64,000 bases of DNA, taken from positions 1-64,000 of the forward strand of contig JAQCIU010000012.1 of assembly GCA_027593235.1 (NCBI GenBank). The letters run 5' to 3'. Shown here in pieces: positions 51,396 to 60,492 of this stretch (within the stretch, counting starts at the first letter, position 1; every line of letters starts with the position of its first letter). The notes under the pieces were generated by a model. It saw only the letters and a list, made by a program, of their open reading frames with translations. It did no database searches and was not told the DNA's origin. A program made the translations under genes and the position numbers. Source of the stretch: Chloroflexota bacterium (GTDB taxonomy: Bacteria > Chloroflexota > Dehalococcoidia > UBA2979).

Positions 51396-51425
51396 CCGGG
51401 GCGGCGTCCGCACACCGCGGGAACG

Positions 51426-52493
51426 CTAGATGTAGTCGAAGTCGCCCAGCGTGAGGTGGGCGGCAAGGCCGGGCTCCTCGAGGAACGCGAAGTCCTCGAT
51501 CGGGCGTGTGCTGCCGTCGTACTTCACCTCGGTCTGGCGACCGAGGTCGACGAAGCCGAGCTTGAGCAGGACGTCGCGGTAGGGGTGGCGCGTCGGCAGC
51601 ATGCAGCCGACGGAGCGGTGTCCCTGCGCGCGGGTCTGCCGAGCAGCGTCGATCGCCAGATCACGGACGACATCCGGCCGATCGGGGTGCACGAGCATGT
51701 CGGCGATCACCGCGCCATCCTGTGCCGCCCAGCGCAGAACGGTGTAGCCGAGCACGGCGTCGCCCTGGGTGGCGATGCGGATCAGCGACACGCCACCGCG
51801 CGGATCCGCGTAGCGCCAGTTGAGGAACGCCGCGTCCCGCACGCCGATCAGATCGAAGGCCGGCGCAGTCTCAGCCCAGAGGTCATCCAGCCTCGAGTCC
51901 AGCGATTGCACGGTCTCGATCTCGATTCGCGGCTCCGGCAGCCGTCGCACCGTGTCGCGCGTCGCGTGTGGCAGGCCGCGCCAGCCGGCGGCGTGCCAGC
52001 GGATGCCGGCGGCGCTGGCGGGCGTCAGCCCGAGCACGAGCCTGCGGAACGGATTCCCGATCGAACGGGATGTCCCTCGCGATGCGGCTATGGCGCGCAG
52101 GCTGGGGTGGTTGCTCTCGGTATTGAGCGAGAGATCGAATAGTCCCGCAATCGTCGCCATGTAGAACGGGGTGCCGAGCCGCGAGAGTCCGGTGCCCTGC
52201 AATCGGGGGACGAGCGCGACATCCGCGGTCGACTGAGCGATCAGCGTCTCACCACGGATCCGAACGTCACGCGCGAGTTGCACCATCGCGCCAACTACCT
52301 CGCCATCGAGGATGGAGAGCATGTGCCCGTCGATCACGCGCGGGTGGCTGCGCATCTTCCAGGCGAGATGCTCCCGCGCGGGGACCGGGACATCGATCAG
52401 CGGCCAGCGTGGGAACGCGGCTTGAAAGACCGCGACCATCCCATCCAGGTCGCCGTCGTTGCCTGTCCGGTACTCCATCGGCGGTGATGCCAC
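51426..52493 (-). CDS. Tandem GNAT-domain acetyltransferase
   Basis: LAWKM..HP, DVALVPRLQGTG, RDAAFLNWRYADP, C-terminal GDFD. Start at 52493 or 52478. Confidence 0.75.
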   Translation of the reverse strand: MASPPMEYRTGNDGDLDGMVAVFQAAFPRWPLIDVPVPAREHLAWKMRSHPRVIDGHMLSILDGEVVGAMVQLARDVRIRGETLIAQSTADVALVPRLQGTGLSRLGTPFYMATIAGLFDLSLNTESNHPSLRAIAASRGTSRSIGNPFRRLVLGLTPASAAGIRWHAAGWRGLPHATRDTVRRLPEPRIEIETVQSLDSRLDDLWAETAPAFDLIGVRDAAFLNWRYADPRGGVSLIRIATQGDAVLGYTVLRWAAQDGAVIADMLVHPDRPDVVRDLAIDAARQTRAQGHRSVGCMLPTRHPYRDVLLKLGFVDLGRQTEVKYDGSTRPIEDFAFLEEPGLAAHLTLGDFDYI

Positions 52494-52550
52494 GCATGCT
52501 CCTGCCAGTGACGCTCATGATGACCCGGGTTAACGCTAGCGAGACTCGCA

Positions 52551-52683
52551 TGGGCGCATCCTCGGGGAAACCCACGGGCGGGCTGCTACTCATCTGCTGA
52601 CACTTGACTGAGCCGGTGACCTCCGGCTCTGGAGATGCCGAAGATCGTGTGGTTAGCTGAGGTTCGGAGTGACCCCGGGCCCA
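52551..52683 (+). ncRNA. Candidate structured RNA (rod-like hairpin), unclassified
   Basis: Nested complementary blocks around the apical GAGCCGG-TGACCT-CCGGCTC hairpin, with several G-U pairs. No known family recognised. Confidence 0.3.
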
Positions 52684-52718
52684 CCATCCCAATCGACAAT
52701 GCCCAGCAAGGTGCGCCT

Positions 52719-54113
52719 GTGCTCGCGTCTCCACACCTGTCTAACCTTCCGACGACCGGCGCTCTGGCCGGATCGCGCCGCAGCGGCCCCGCGGATCGTC
52801 GCGGCCAGCGCCGAGGCGCCGAGGTGCTGTATTACGCCTCACGGCTGACCAGTCAGACCGGCCAGGGCGTCTTCTTCGCGTTGCTGGTGCTGGTGGCCGG
52901 GCCGGGTACCGGCGGTGCGCTGGGCCTCGGCAGCGTGATGGTGGCGATGACCGTTGCCGCGATCGTGCTGGGGCCGGTGGGCGGCGCGATCGTCGACCGC
53001 CTCGGTCCTCGAGTGGCGCTTCCCGTTGGCGCGTTGTTGCGCGCGCTGGCCGTCGGGCTCGCGTTGATCGTGATCGCCCGCGGCGAATACGCGTGGATTG
53101 CCGCCTTCGGCTATTCGGCCGCGTCGCAGATCTTCTCGCCCGCGGAACTGGCACTGGTATCGACGATTCGCCGTCGCCGACCGGCCGGGGCGCACGCGTC
53201 GTTGTTCGCGCTGCAGTTCGGCGGGCAGGCGATCGGCGCCTTCCTGCTGGCGCCGGCGCTGTTCTGGTTGGGCGGCACCAGCGGGATGCTGGTGGGAGCG
53301 TTCGCCTTGTTCGCTAGCGTGGTCGCGTTGACGACCGTGCTCAGCGCACGCTTGCCGATCGCCGCGGTGCGTCACGCGGCGCGACCCCGTTCCGCACGAC
53401 GGTTCATCCCAACGCTCCGGTTCATGCCGGCGTTGCGATTCATCACCGGCGAGCCGCAGGCGCTCTACGCCGTGGGCTTGTTGGCATTCGTTGACGTGTT
53501 ATCGAAGTGTCTGGTGATCGCCGCGCCGATCTACTTCCAGGCGGAATTGCACCTCGGGCGTGGCCAGGTCGTGGTGCTGGCTGCCGCGGTTGCCCTCGGT
53601 GGGTTGATCGGGCTCGGCTGGTCGGCGCGGTTCGTGTCGCCTCGGCAGTCGCCGTTGGCGATGCGGTTGGTGCTGCTGGCGGCGCTGTTGTCGATCTTCG
53701 CGCTCGCGCCGCTGGGGGACGAGCTTGGCTCGCTGACCGTGAGCGGCGCGTCGATTGACCTCGGCGGCATCGCCGGGCCGATCGAGGCGGGGTCGTTGGC
53801 GGCGTTGCCGGCGCTGTTGGTGCTGGGGATGACGCTGAGCATGGCGCCGATCATCGCGCGGAGCGTGCTGACCAGCACCGCGCCAGCGGAGCAGCAAGGT
53901 CGCGTCTTCGCCGCGGAAGCGGTGTTCTCCAACGTGCTGGCGGTACCGGCGGTGTTGCTGGCGGCACTGTCCACGGACATCGCTTCCGGCCGCGCGACGA
54001 TGATGTTCATCGGCATCGTCGGCGGCGCGGTCTTCCTGATGCTGGAGTACCACGCGCTGCGCCGGCGCGGCTGGGCCGCCGCAAACCCGGTCCCCGCACC
54101 GACCGTCGCCTAG
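52719..54113 (+). CDS. MFS transporter
   Basis: About 12 TMs, GGAIVDRLGPR, QQGRVFA. Start uncertain. Confidence 0.75.
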   Translation: MLASPHLSNLPTTGALAGSRRSGPADRRGQRRGAEVLYYASRLTSQTGQGVFFALLVLVAGPGTGGALGLGSVMVAMTVAAIVLGPVGGAIVDRLGPRVALPVGALLRALAVGLALIVIARGEYAWIAAFGYSAASQIFSPAELALVSTIRRRRPAGAHASLFALQFGGQAIGAFLLAPALFWLGGTSGMLVGAFALFASVVALTTVLSARLPIAAVRHAARPRSARRFIPTLRFMPALRFITGEPQALYAVGLLAFVDVLSKCLVIAAPIYFQAELHLGRGQVVVLAAAVALGGLIGLGWSARFVSPRQSPLAMRLVLLAALLSIFALAPLGDELGSLTVSGASIDLGGIAGPIEAGSLAALPALLVLGMTLSMAPIIARSVLTSTAPAEQQGRVFAAEAVFSNVLAVPAVLLAALSTDIASGRATMMFIGIVGGAVFLMLEYHALRRRGWAAANPVPAPTVA

Positions 54114-54168
54114 TTCGCGGCTGCCGAGGGCGCGCACTCACTGACCGCCGTCGTTCGCTGCCGGCCAC

Positions 54169-54864
54169 TCACGGGCGCGGCCGGCGCTCCGACCGAGTGC
54201 TGATCGCTCGGATCACCTCCAGGCTGTCGGTGATGATCCCGCCCACCCCCGCCTCGATCAGGCGCATCGCGCGTTCCAGGTCGTTGACGGTCCAGGTGAA
54301 GATCAGCGGGGTCCGCTCGCGCAGATCCGCGATCACCTTGGGCGTGAGTAGATCCACCTGTAGTCCGATACCCGCGCCCGTCCACGTATCGAGCTGATCG
54401 CGCATCAGGCGCAACGCCTCCGGCGAGCCGATCGAACGGATCACGCGGGCGCGCTCGACCTCCAGGAACGGCTCCAGGTGGGCCCAGTGCTGCGAGGAGA
54501 CGCCGTATCGGCGTCCCGGCAACAGCTCGTCCGCCAGCACGCGCAGGGCGGCGGGCAACCGTGGATGCGTGCCTTTGAGATCGAAGAACAGCTCGACGTT
54601 CGGCGGGAGCGTTGGGAGCAGATCGGGGATGGTGACGCGGCGGCTGCGTCCAAGGGCGAGCGACCAGCGGTCCCAGCGCAGCGGGACCGGGCCGAGCGTC
54701 TTGTCGTGCCCGACCTCGATGCGGCCGCGGTGGAACCAGACATCCACCTCGATGAGCTGGGCGCCCGCCGCGGCAGCGGGGGCGACCGTGCGCGGGCGAT
54801 TCCCGGCGCGGTGAGCGATCAACAGCGGCTGCGGTTTCGAGTCCACTCCGGCTCCATCAGCCAT
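54169..54864 (-). CDS. Glycerophosphodiester phosphodiesterase family protein
   Basis: LIAHRAG, IEVDV, FDLK, WTVND, GVGGIITD. Confidence 0.85.
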   Translation of the reverse strand: MADGAGVDSKPQPLLIAHRAGNRPRTVAPAAAAGAQLIEVDVWFHRGRIEVGHDKTLGPVPLRWDRWSLALGRSRRVTIPDLLPTLPPNVELFFDLKGTHPRLPAALRVLADELLPGRRYGVSSQHWAHLEPFLEVERARVIRSIGSPEALRLMRDQLDTWTGAGIGLQVDLLTPKVIADLRERTPLIFTWTVNDLERAMRLIEAGVGGIITDSLEVIRAISTRSERRPRP

Positions 54865-55037
54865 GCGGCCCAGATGACCTCGGACGGGATGCTCAGGGTA
54901 GCGCGCGGCGGCGGGGCGGACGTTCGCCCGGCCGGGCGGTGACCTTCGGGGCGGGCAGCACGAGGCCGAACGGTGCATGCTGCTTAGAGCATCGCGGCAG
55001 GCGCCGTTGCACGACGGCTGCTCGGTGGGGGGCATCG

Positions 55038-55874
55038 TTGACCGCGCTGATCGTTCCGCTGCTGCTCGCGACCGTCCTCGTGATCCTCGCGGTCGCAGCC
55101 TTGCGGATGCGCGGGTCACGTCGTCCTGCGTTTCTGCGCGAGGTCACGTTCGTCCTCTCCGCTTACTTCCTCTACTTCGTGATCCGCGGCGTCACCGAAG
55201 CGCGTGAGAGCGAGGCGATTGCTCGGGCGCTCGCGCTGGAGCGCCTCGAACAGCGCCTGCATCTCTTCTACGAAGTGCGCCTGCAGGCCGCCGTGCTCGA
55301 CCATTCGTGGCTGATCGAGCTCGTGAATGCGGTCTACATCTGGGGGCACTGGCCGGTGGTCGGGGCGGTCGGCCTGTGGCTCTACCTGACGCGACGTCGG
55401 GCCTACCGGCGCTATCGGAACGCGATGCTGATCTCCGGAGCGGTCGGGATTGTGATCTTCATGCTGTTCCCGACCGCCCCGCCCCGGCTGGCCAATCCGG
55501 AGTTGATCGACACCGTGGTGGAGCGGACGGATGCCTATCGGGTGATGCAACCGCCTCAGCTCACCAACCAGTTCGCCGCGGTCCCCAGCCTGCATCTCGG
55601 CTGGAATTTGCTGATGGGGATCGCGTTGGTCCGTGAAGCGAAGCGACAGTGGATGCAGATGTTCGGCTGGCTGATGCCGCCCGTCATGTTCGCGGCGACC
55701 ATCATCACCGCCAACCATTATCTGCTGGACGCGGTCGCGGGCGCGGTGGTGGTGCTGGTTGCCCTGGGGATTGTCGAACGGTGGGGGCCGCGATCACGGA
55801 TACGGCTGCCCGCCCGGCTGGGCGGCCGGCCCGTCCGGCGCGCGCCAACGAAGGCGTCACTCGGCGAGGATTGA
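55038..55874 (+). CDS. PAP2-family membrane protein (inositol phosphorylceramide synthase-like)
   Basis: YIWGH, PTAPPRL, NQFAAVPSLHLGW, TANHYLLD. Confidence 0.85.
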   Translation: MTALIVPLLLATVLVILAVAALRMRGSRRPAFLREVTFVLSAYFLYFVIRGVTEARESEAIARALALERLEQRLHLFYEVRLQAAVLDHSWLIELVNAVYIWGHWPVVGAVGLWLYLTRRRAYRRYRNAMLISGAVGIVIFMLFPTAPPRLANPELIDTVVERTDAYRVMQPPQLTNQFAAVPSLHLGWNLLMGIALVREAKRQWMQMFGWLMPPVMFAATIITANHYLLDAVAGAVVVLVALGIVERWGPRSRIRLPARLGGRPVRRAPTKASLGED

Positions 55875-55965
55875 GCGGCGCCTTCGGGCCCGGACCGCGC
55901 GACGCCGAGTGGGCCATGGCCCGTTCCGTTTGTCGGCGCAGTCGCGATCGGCGACTCTGATCGCC

Positions 55966-57426
55966 ATGTCACTGCTCTGGGCACGACTGCTGGTCTTCGG
56001 CACCTCGGCCGCCGTGCTCGTCCTCGAGATCCTGGCGGGGCGGCTGATGGCGCCGTACGTCGGTGTCACGCTGGAGACGTTCACCGGGATCATCGGCGTC
56101 GTGCTCGCGGGTATCGCGGCCGGGGCGTGGGTGGGCGGCCGCGCGGCGGACGACGTGGAACCACGACGGCTGCTCGGGCCGGTGCTTGTGCTCTCCGGCG
56201 TGCTCGTGCTGGCAGCGCCAACCCTCGTCGACTGGGTCGGTCCCTCGATGCGCGCCGGCGGTCCCTTCGAGATCACCGTCCTCACCGCCAGCGCCTTCTT
56301 CTGGCCCTCGCTTACGCTCTCCACCGTCACGCCGATCGTCGTGAAGCTGCGGCTGCGCTCGCTCGATCAGACCGGCCGCGTCGTCGGCGAGCTGTCCGCC
56401 CTCGGCACGCTCGGCGCCCTCGCCGGGACCTTCCTGACCGGCTTCGTGCTGCTCGCCGCGGTGCCATCGAGGTCGCTCGTGCTGATCGTTGGCGTCGCCT
56501 TGGTGGTGGTCGGACTGCCATTGCTGCTGCGCTCCGCCTCGAAAGGCGTCTCCGCGCTGGCGCTTGTTGCCACCGCCGGCGCCGGTGGCGGGCTGTTCAT
56601 CGAGGGCGGTCCGTGCGACGTGGAGACGACCTACTTCTGCGCCACCATCGAGGTGGATCCGGCGAACGAGGGCGGTCGCACGCTCTGGCTCGACACGCTG
56701 CGGCACAGCTACGTGGACCTCGATGACCCGGAGCACCTCGAGTTCCGCTACTCGCGGATCATGGCGGACGTGATCGCGGAGCTGCCGGACGGGCCGCTGC
56801 GCGGCGCGTACGTCGGCGGCGGTGGATTCACGCTGCCGTGCTACTTCGCCGCGGTCCGTCCGGGAACGACCGCGCTCGTCTTCGAGATCGACGGCGATCT
56901 GGTCAGGCTCGTCGAGGACGAACTCGGCCTGGTACTGAGCGACGACCTCCGCGTCGAGGTCGGCGATGCGCGGCTCGCCTTGCCCGACCAGCCCGATGGC
57001 GCCTTCGACTTCGTCGTCGGCGATGCGTTTGGCGGCCTGAGCGTCCCCTGGCACCTCACCACCCGCGAGTTCTTGCGCGAGATCGATCGCGTGCTCGACG
57101 AGGACGGCGTTTACGTCATCAACCTGATCGACTACCCGCCGCTCGGCTTCGCCCGCGCCGAGGCGGCGACGTTCCTCGAGGTGTTCGACCACGTCGGCAT
57201 CGCCTCGACGTTCGACCGGCTCGCAGGTGCGGACGGTGGGAATTTCGTGCTGATCGGATCACGCACGGAGCTGGACTGGGCCTCGATCGGTGCGCGGATC
57301 CTCGACCGCGGCGGGTTCGACGCCGTGCTCGCCGGGGCGGAGGCCGAGGCGTTCGCGGTCGGTGCGCGCGTACTGCGTGACGATTTCGCGCCGGTCGACC
57401 AACTGCTCTCGCAGCCGCCGCGCTAG
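55966..57426 (+). CDS. Membrane-fused spermidine synthase-like protein
   Basis: Seven N-terminal TMs (LEILAGRLMAPYVG), GGGGFTLP, EID, VGDAR, GDAF, PWHLTTREF, DDFAPVD. Confidence 0.88.
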   Translation: MSLLWARLLVFGTSAAVLVLEILAGRLMAPYVGVTLETFTGIIGVVLAGIAAGAWVGGRAADDVEPRRLLGPVLVLSGVLVLAAPTLVDWVGPSMRAGGPFEITVLTASAFFWPSLTLSTVTPIVVKLRLRSLDQTGRVVGELSALGTLGALAGTFLTGFVLLAAVPSRSLVLIVGVALVVVGLPLLLRSASKGVSALALVATAGAGGGLFIEGGPCDVETTYFCATIEVDPANEGGRTLWLDTLRHSYVDLDDPEHLEFRYSRIMADVIAELPDGPLRGAYVGGGGFTLPCYFAAVRPGTTALVFEIDGDLVRLVEDELGLVLSDDLRVEVGDARLALPDQPDGAFDFVVGDAFGGLSVPWHLTTREFLREIDRVLDEDGVYVINLIDYPPLGFARAEAATFLEVFDHVGIASTFDRLAGADGGNFVLIGSRTELDWASIGARILDRGGFDAVLAGAEAEAFAVGARVLRDDFAPVDQLLSQPPR

Positions 57427-57857
57427 GCGCCCGGCTCCTCGGTGTCCTCGGCGATCGCGAGCGCTTCGAGTCGCGTGTCGACGAAGGTGAGGACCTCCTC
57501 GGCGATCGCGATTGCGCGGGCGGCATCCAGCGCTTCGTACGCCTCGGACGGAACGCCGGCGGGGATGCCGCTCGGGTAGCGCGCGCCGAGGTAGTGCTTG
57601 TCCAGGTGTCCGGCGCTCGATTTCACGAGGTCGAACGAGGGATCGAAGGCCATCGCGTCCTCGCAGAGGTCGGCGAGCCCGTGGCCCCAGACCAGCTCCG
57701 CGCCACGGGCGTAGAGGTAGGCCACAACGGCCTTCTCCGCCGCCTGGTGGCTGAGGAAGCAGGCGAGGGCGTGACGGTCGCCCTGCGCGGCGTAGCGCGC
57801 ATCCGCGAGGTCATGCGTCGCCTGGGCGCGCCAGCGACCGGACTCGCTAGCCGGCAT
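57423..57857 (-). CDS. HEPN domain protein (HEPN-T/COG2250-like)
   Basis: W..QA..DL..A, ACFLSHQAAEKA, WGH.L, LDKHY..ARYP. Confidence 0.88.
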   Translation of the reverse strand: MPASESGRWRAQATHDLADARYAAQGDRHALACFLSHQAAEKAVVAYLYARGAELVWGHGLADLCEDAMAFDPSFDLVKSSAGHLDKHYLGARYPSGIPAGVPSEAYEALDAARAIAIAEEVLTFVDTRLEALAIAEDTEEPGA

Positions 57858-58188
57858 ACGCCGGTTCGCCAGCGGCGAGCGTGCGGATCAGCAGCGGATC
57901 CTCACCCGCCAGGGCTGCGAACTCCTCGGGTGTGTAGACGAGGAACCGCGTCTGCAGCCGCGGGCGGAGGTGATCGACGAAGAAGTCGGCGCGGCGGTGG
58001 AACGGCTCGTCCGTCGGGTGGACGAGCACGACCTCGAGCGGTGTGTCGGCGCGCACGTCGTCTCGAGCGAACGCGCCCGCCACGTAGACGCGCTGCACGC
58101 CGAGTGGCGGCAGCTCCTCGACAAAGCGCGCCAGCTCGGCCTCGATCATCGCGCGGCGCTGCTGGGCGAAGCCGATCATCATCGGCAC
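57847..58188 (-). CDS. Minimal nucleotidyltransferase (MNT)-like protein with degenerate active site
   Basis: VYVAGAFARDDVRADTPLEVVLV and LVYTPEEF; overlaps the HEPN gene by 11 nt. Confidence 0.75.
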   Translation of the reverse strand: MPMMIGFAQQRRAMIEAELARFVEELPPLGVQRVYVAGAFARDDVRADTPLEVVLVHPTDEPFHRRADFFVDHLRPRLQTRFLVYTPEEFAALAGEDPLLIRTLAAGEPAYAG

Positions 58189-58223
58189 CGGGCGAGGCCG
58201 ATCACTGGCCGCACGAGGCGTCG

Positions 58224-59249
58224 CTAAACCGTCGAGAGCGACGGCGAGCGCGGCACCGCCATCACCTCGGACGCCGCCAGCGGCAGTGCGTCCTTTTGGT
58301 AGACCTGAAAACGGTGACTGCCGTAATCGCCGACGATCATCTGCCCCGCGTCGTCCACGTGGACGGAGACAGGCGAGCGGAATCGCTTCTGTGGCTCCAG
58401 GTGCGCCATGTCGCGCAGGCGCAGCACCTTCGGGTTCGCCAGCACGTAGTCGCGGCCCATCCTCGAGAGCGTCGCGTCGCCGATGAACTGCTCCACGTAA
58501 CGTCCGTTGCGATCGAAGAGCTCGACGCGGTTGTTGCCACGGTCGACGACGTAGATGTCGCCGTGGTGATCGATGGCTATGCCGGCCGGGCGGTTGAACT
58601 GGCCGTCGCCGCTCCCGGAGCTGCCGAACTGCGTCAGCAGCTCGCCGCTCTGCGTGAACTTCTGCACGCGGTCATTCCGCCAGTCCACGACGTACACGGC
58701 GCCGGCGGCGTCGAACGTGATGCCCCAGGGGTTATCGAGCTGTCCCGCGCCGTTGCCGTGGCTACCGAAGCTGCTGATGTACCCGCCGTCCTTGCTGAAG
58801 CACTGGATGCGGTGATTGCCGGTGTCGCTGACCCAGAGCCGCTCTTCTGCGTCGAACGCCATGTGCGAGGGGCGATCGAGCTGACCCAGCTCGGATCCGC
58901 GCGTACCCCAGCGCGTGACGACCTCGCCCTCGGGGGTGAGCACCGTGATCTGGTGCGTGCCCTCGTCCGAGACGTACAGGCGCCCGGCCGCGTCTCGCAC
59001 GATCGAGGCCGGCCAGGTGAATCCCGGCCCGACCGCGCCGAGGTCTTCGTCCTCGAAGCTGATTGCGCGGATCGATCCCGAACCGTCGAACCGTGAGAGG
59101 CAGTAGATGCGCCCGTCGTCGCCGCGCGCGAAGTCGATTGGGTACCAGGTGAGACGCCGCATCCCCAGCGTCTTCACATAGGGGAACCCGGCGCGGAGGA
59201 GTACCTCGTAATCGCCCGTGTGGCCGTTCTGGTGACCGTTTTGCGTCAT
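58224..59249 (-). CDS. NHL-repeat beta-propeller protein
   Basis: Repeated G..G...GQ[LF]..P..I..D..G..YV.D..N.R[IV]Q units; no signal peptide. Confidence 0.9.
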   Translation of the reverse strand: MTQNGHQNGHTGDYEVLLRAGFPYVKTLGMRRLTWYPIDFARGDDGRIYCLSRFDGSGSIRAISFEDEDLGAVGPGFTWPASIVRDAAGRLYVSDEGTHQITVLTPEGEVVTRWGTRGSELGQLDRPSHMAFDAEERLWVSDTGNHRIQCFSKDGGYISSFGSHGNGAGQLDNPWGITFDAAGAVYVVDWRNDRVQKFTQSGELLTQFGSSGSGDGQFNRPAGIAIDHHGDIYVVDRGNNRVELFDRNGRYVEQFIGDATLSRMGRDYVLANPKVLRLRDMAHLEPQKRFRSPVSVHVDDAGQMIVGDYGSHRFQVYQKDALPLAASEVMAVPRSPSLSTV

Positions 59250-59298
59250 GTCGTCCTCCTCCCTCATTGGCGTAGGCCGCCGCGTGTCCTCGATGCGC

Positions 59299-60447
59299 CT
59301 AGTCCGCTGTCACCTTGTAGGGCGAGATCTGTTCGAACTGGCCGTTGACGATCGCGGTCGGGTCCATGCGCATCCACTGCTCCAGCACGGTGCCGTAGAT
59401 GCCCCGGAAGTCGATCGTGTGACGCAGGTCCTCGCCGTAGAGCCAGTCCTCCGGCTTGATCGACGGGTACTCCGAGTACAGGCCACCCGCGACGTGGTCG
59501 CCGATGATGTAGGCGCCGCCGCCAGAGCCGTGGTCGGTCCCCGAGCCGTTGTCCTTGATGCGGCGCCCGAACTCCGTGAAGACCATCACCGTGACCTCTT
59601 CGGACGCGTTGTGCTCGCGGAGGTCGGCCATGAAGTCGGAGAGCGCCTCGGTCAGCTCGGTGAGCAGCCGCGGGTGCGTTTCCGGCTCCAGCGAGTGGTA
59701 GTCGTAGCCGGCATGCTGCGTGTAGAAGACGCGGGTTCCGAGGCCCGCCGTGTGCACCCGCACCACGTCGCGGAGCGCCCTCGCGATCGGGTTCTGTCCG
59801 TACTCAATCGTCGAGCTGTACCGCGACGGCACGTCGCGCAGCATGTCGACGCCCTTGAGGACGTCCCGCCCGGTCTGCGCGAGGTAGTCGCGGACGATCC
59901 CCGTGCCGACGGCCGGGGTGTACATCCGCTTGAAGATGGCGAGGTCCTGCTCGCGCTCCTGCTGCGCCTCGACCTTCGTCATCAGGCCGAAGTGGTCGAG
60001 GTCGCCGATTGAGGTCGTCGTGACGCCCGCTGCGGCGAGCGCCCTCGGAAGCCCGCGCCCGAAGCTGACCGCGGTCAGCGGGTTCTCGCTGTTCGGGTCG
60101 AGGTCGCGCGTGGCTCGGGCGAGCCAGCCCTCCGTCGATATCTTCGTCGGCTCGCAGGTGTGCCAGATATCCATCGCGCGGAAGTGTGAGCGACTGGAGT
60201 TCTCGTAGCCGATCCCCTGCACGACGGCGACGTTGCCGGCGTCGTACAGCTCCTTTAGCGGCGCCGTGGCCGGGTGCCAGCCGAGTTCATCGTTCAGCGG
60301 CAGCACGTCCTCCGAGGCGACGCCGACCGTCGGTCGCGACTTGCGGTAGTACTCGCTGGTGTGCGGGATCAGCGTGTTCATGAAGTCGAGGCCACCGCTG
60401 AGCTGGACGACTACCAGCACGGGGTCGCGTCCGTTGATCTTGGGCAT
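59299..60447 (-). CDS. DUF1501 domain protein
   Basis: LVVVQLSGGLDFMNT, RSHFRAMDIW, TEFGRR..DNGSGTDHG, IDFRGIY. Confidence 0.88.
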   Translation of the reverse strand: MPKINGRDPVLVVVQLSGGLDFMNTLIPHTSEYYRKSRPTVGVASEDVLPLNDELGWHPATAPLKELYDAGNVAVVQGIGYENSSRSHFRAMDIWHTCEPTKISTEGWLARATRDLDPNSENPLTAVSFGRGLPRALAAAGVTTTSIGDLDHFGLMTKVEAQQEREQDLAIFKRMYTPAVGTGIVRDYLAQTGRDVLKGVDMLRDVPSRYSSTIEYGQNPIARALRDVVRVHTAGLGTRVFYTQHAGYDYHSLEPETHPRLLTELTEALSDFMADLREHNASEEVTVMVFTEFGRRIKDNGSGTDHGSGGGAYIIGDHVAGGLYSEYPSIKPEDWLYGEDLRHTIDFRGIYGTVLEQWMRMDPTAIVNGQFEQISPYKVTAD

Positions 60448-60492
60448 CAGATCCTCCTGATGTGAGCGACCGTCTGGCCGACCTGGTCTCGG

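Noticed and set aside
52577-52602. Minus-strand GTCAG...AGCAGCC resembling SRP RNA helix 8
   Set aside because: No GNRA-capped inner stem between the motifs.
52627-52645. CTCTGGAGA-TGCCGAAG resembling a glycine riboswitch
   Set aside because: Lacks P2 and the downstream CTCTCAGG element.
52640-52780. Minus-strand CCGAACCTCAGCTAAC resembling the 3' part of a c-di-AMP (ydaO) riboswitch
   Set aside because: The 5' conserved elements (GCTGAA, GGGGGA, GGGGTGAA) are absent.
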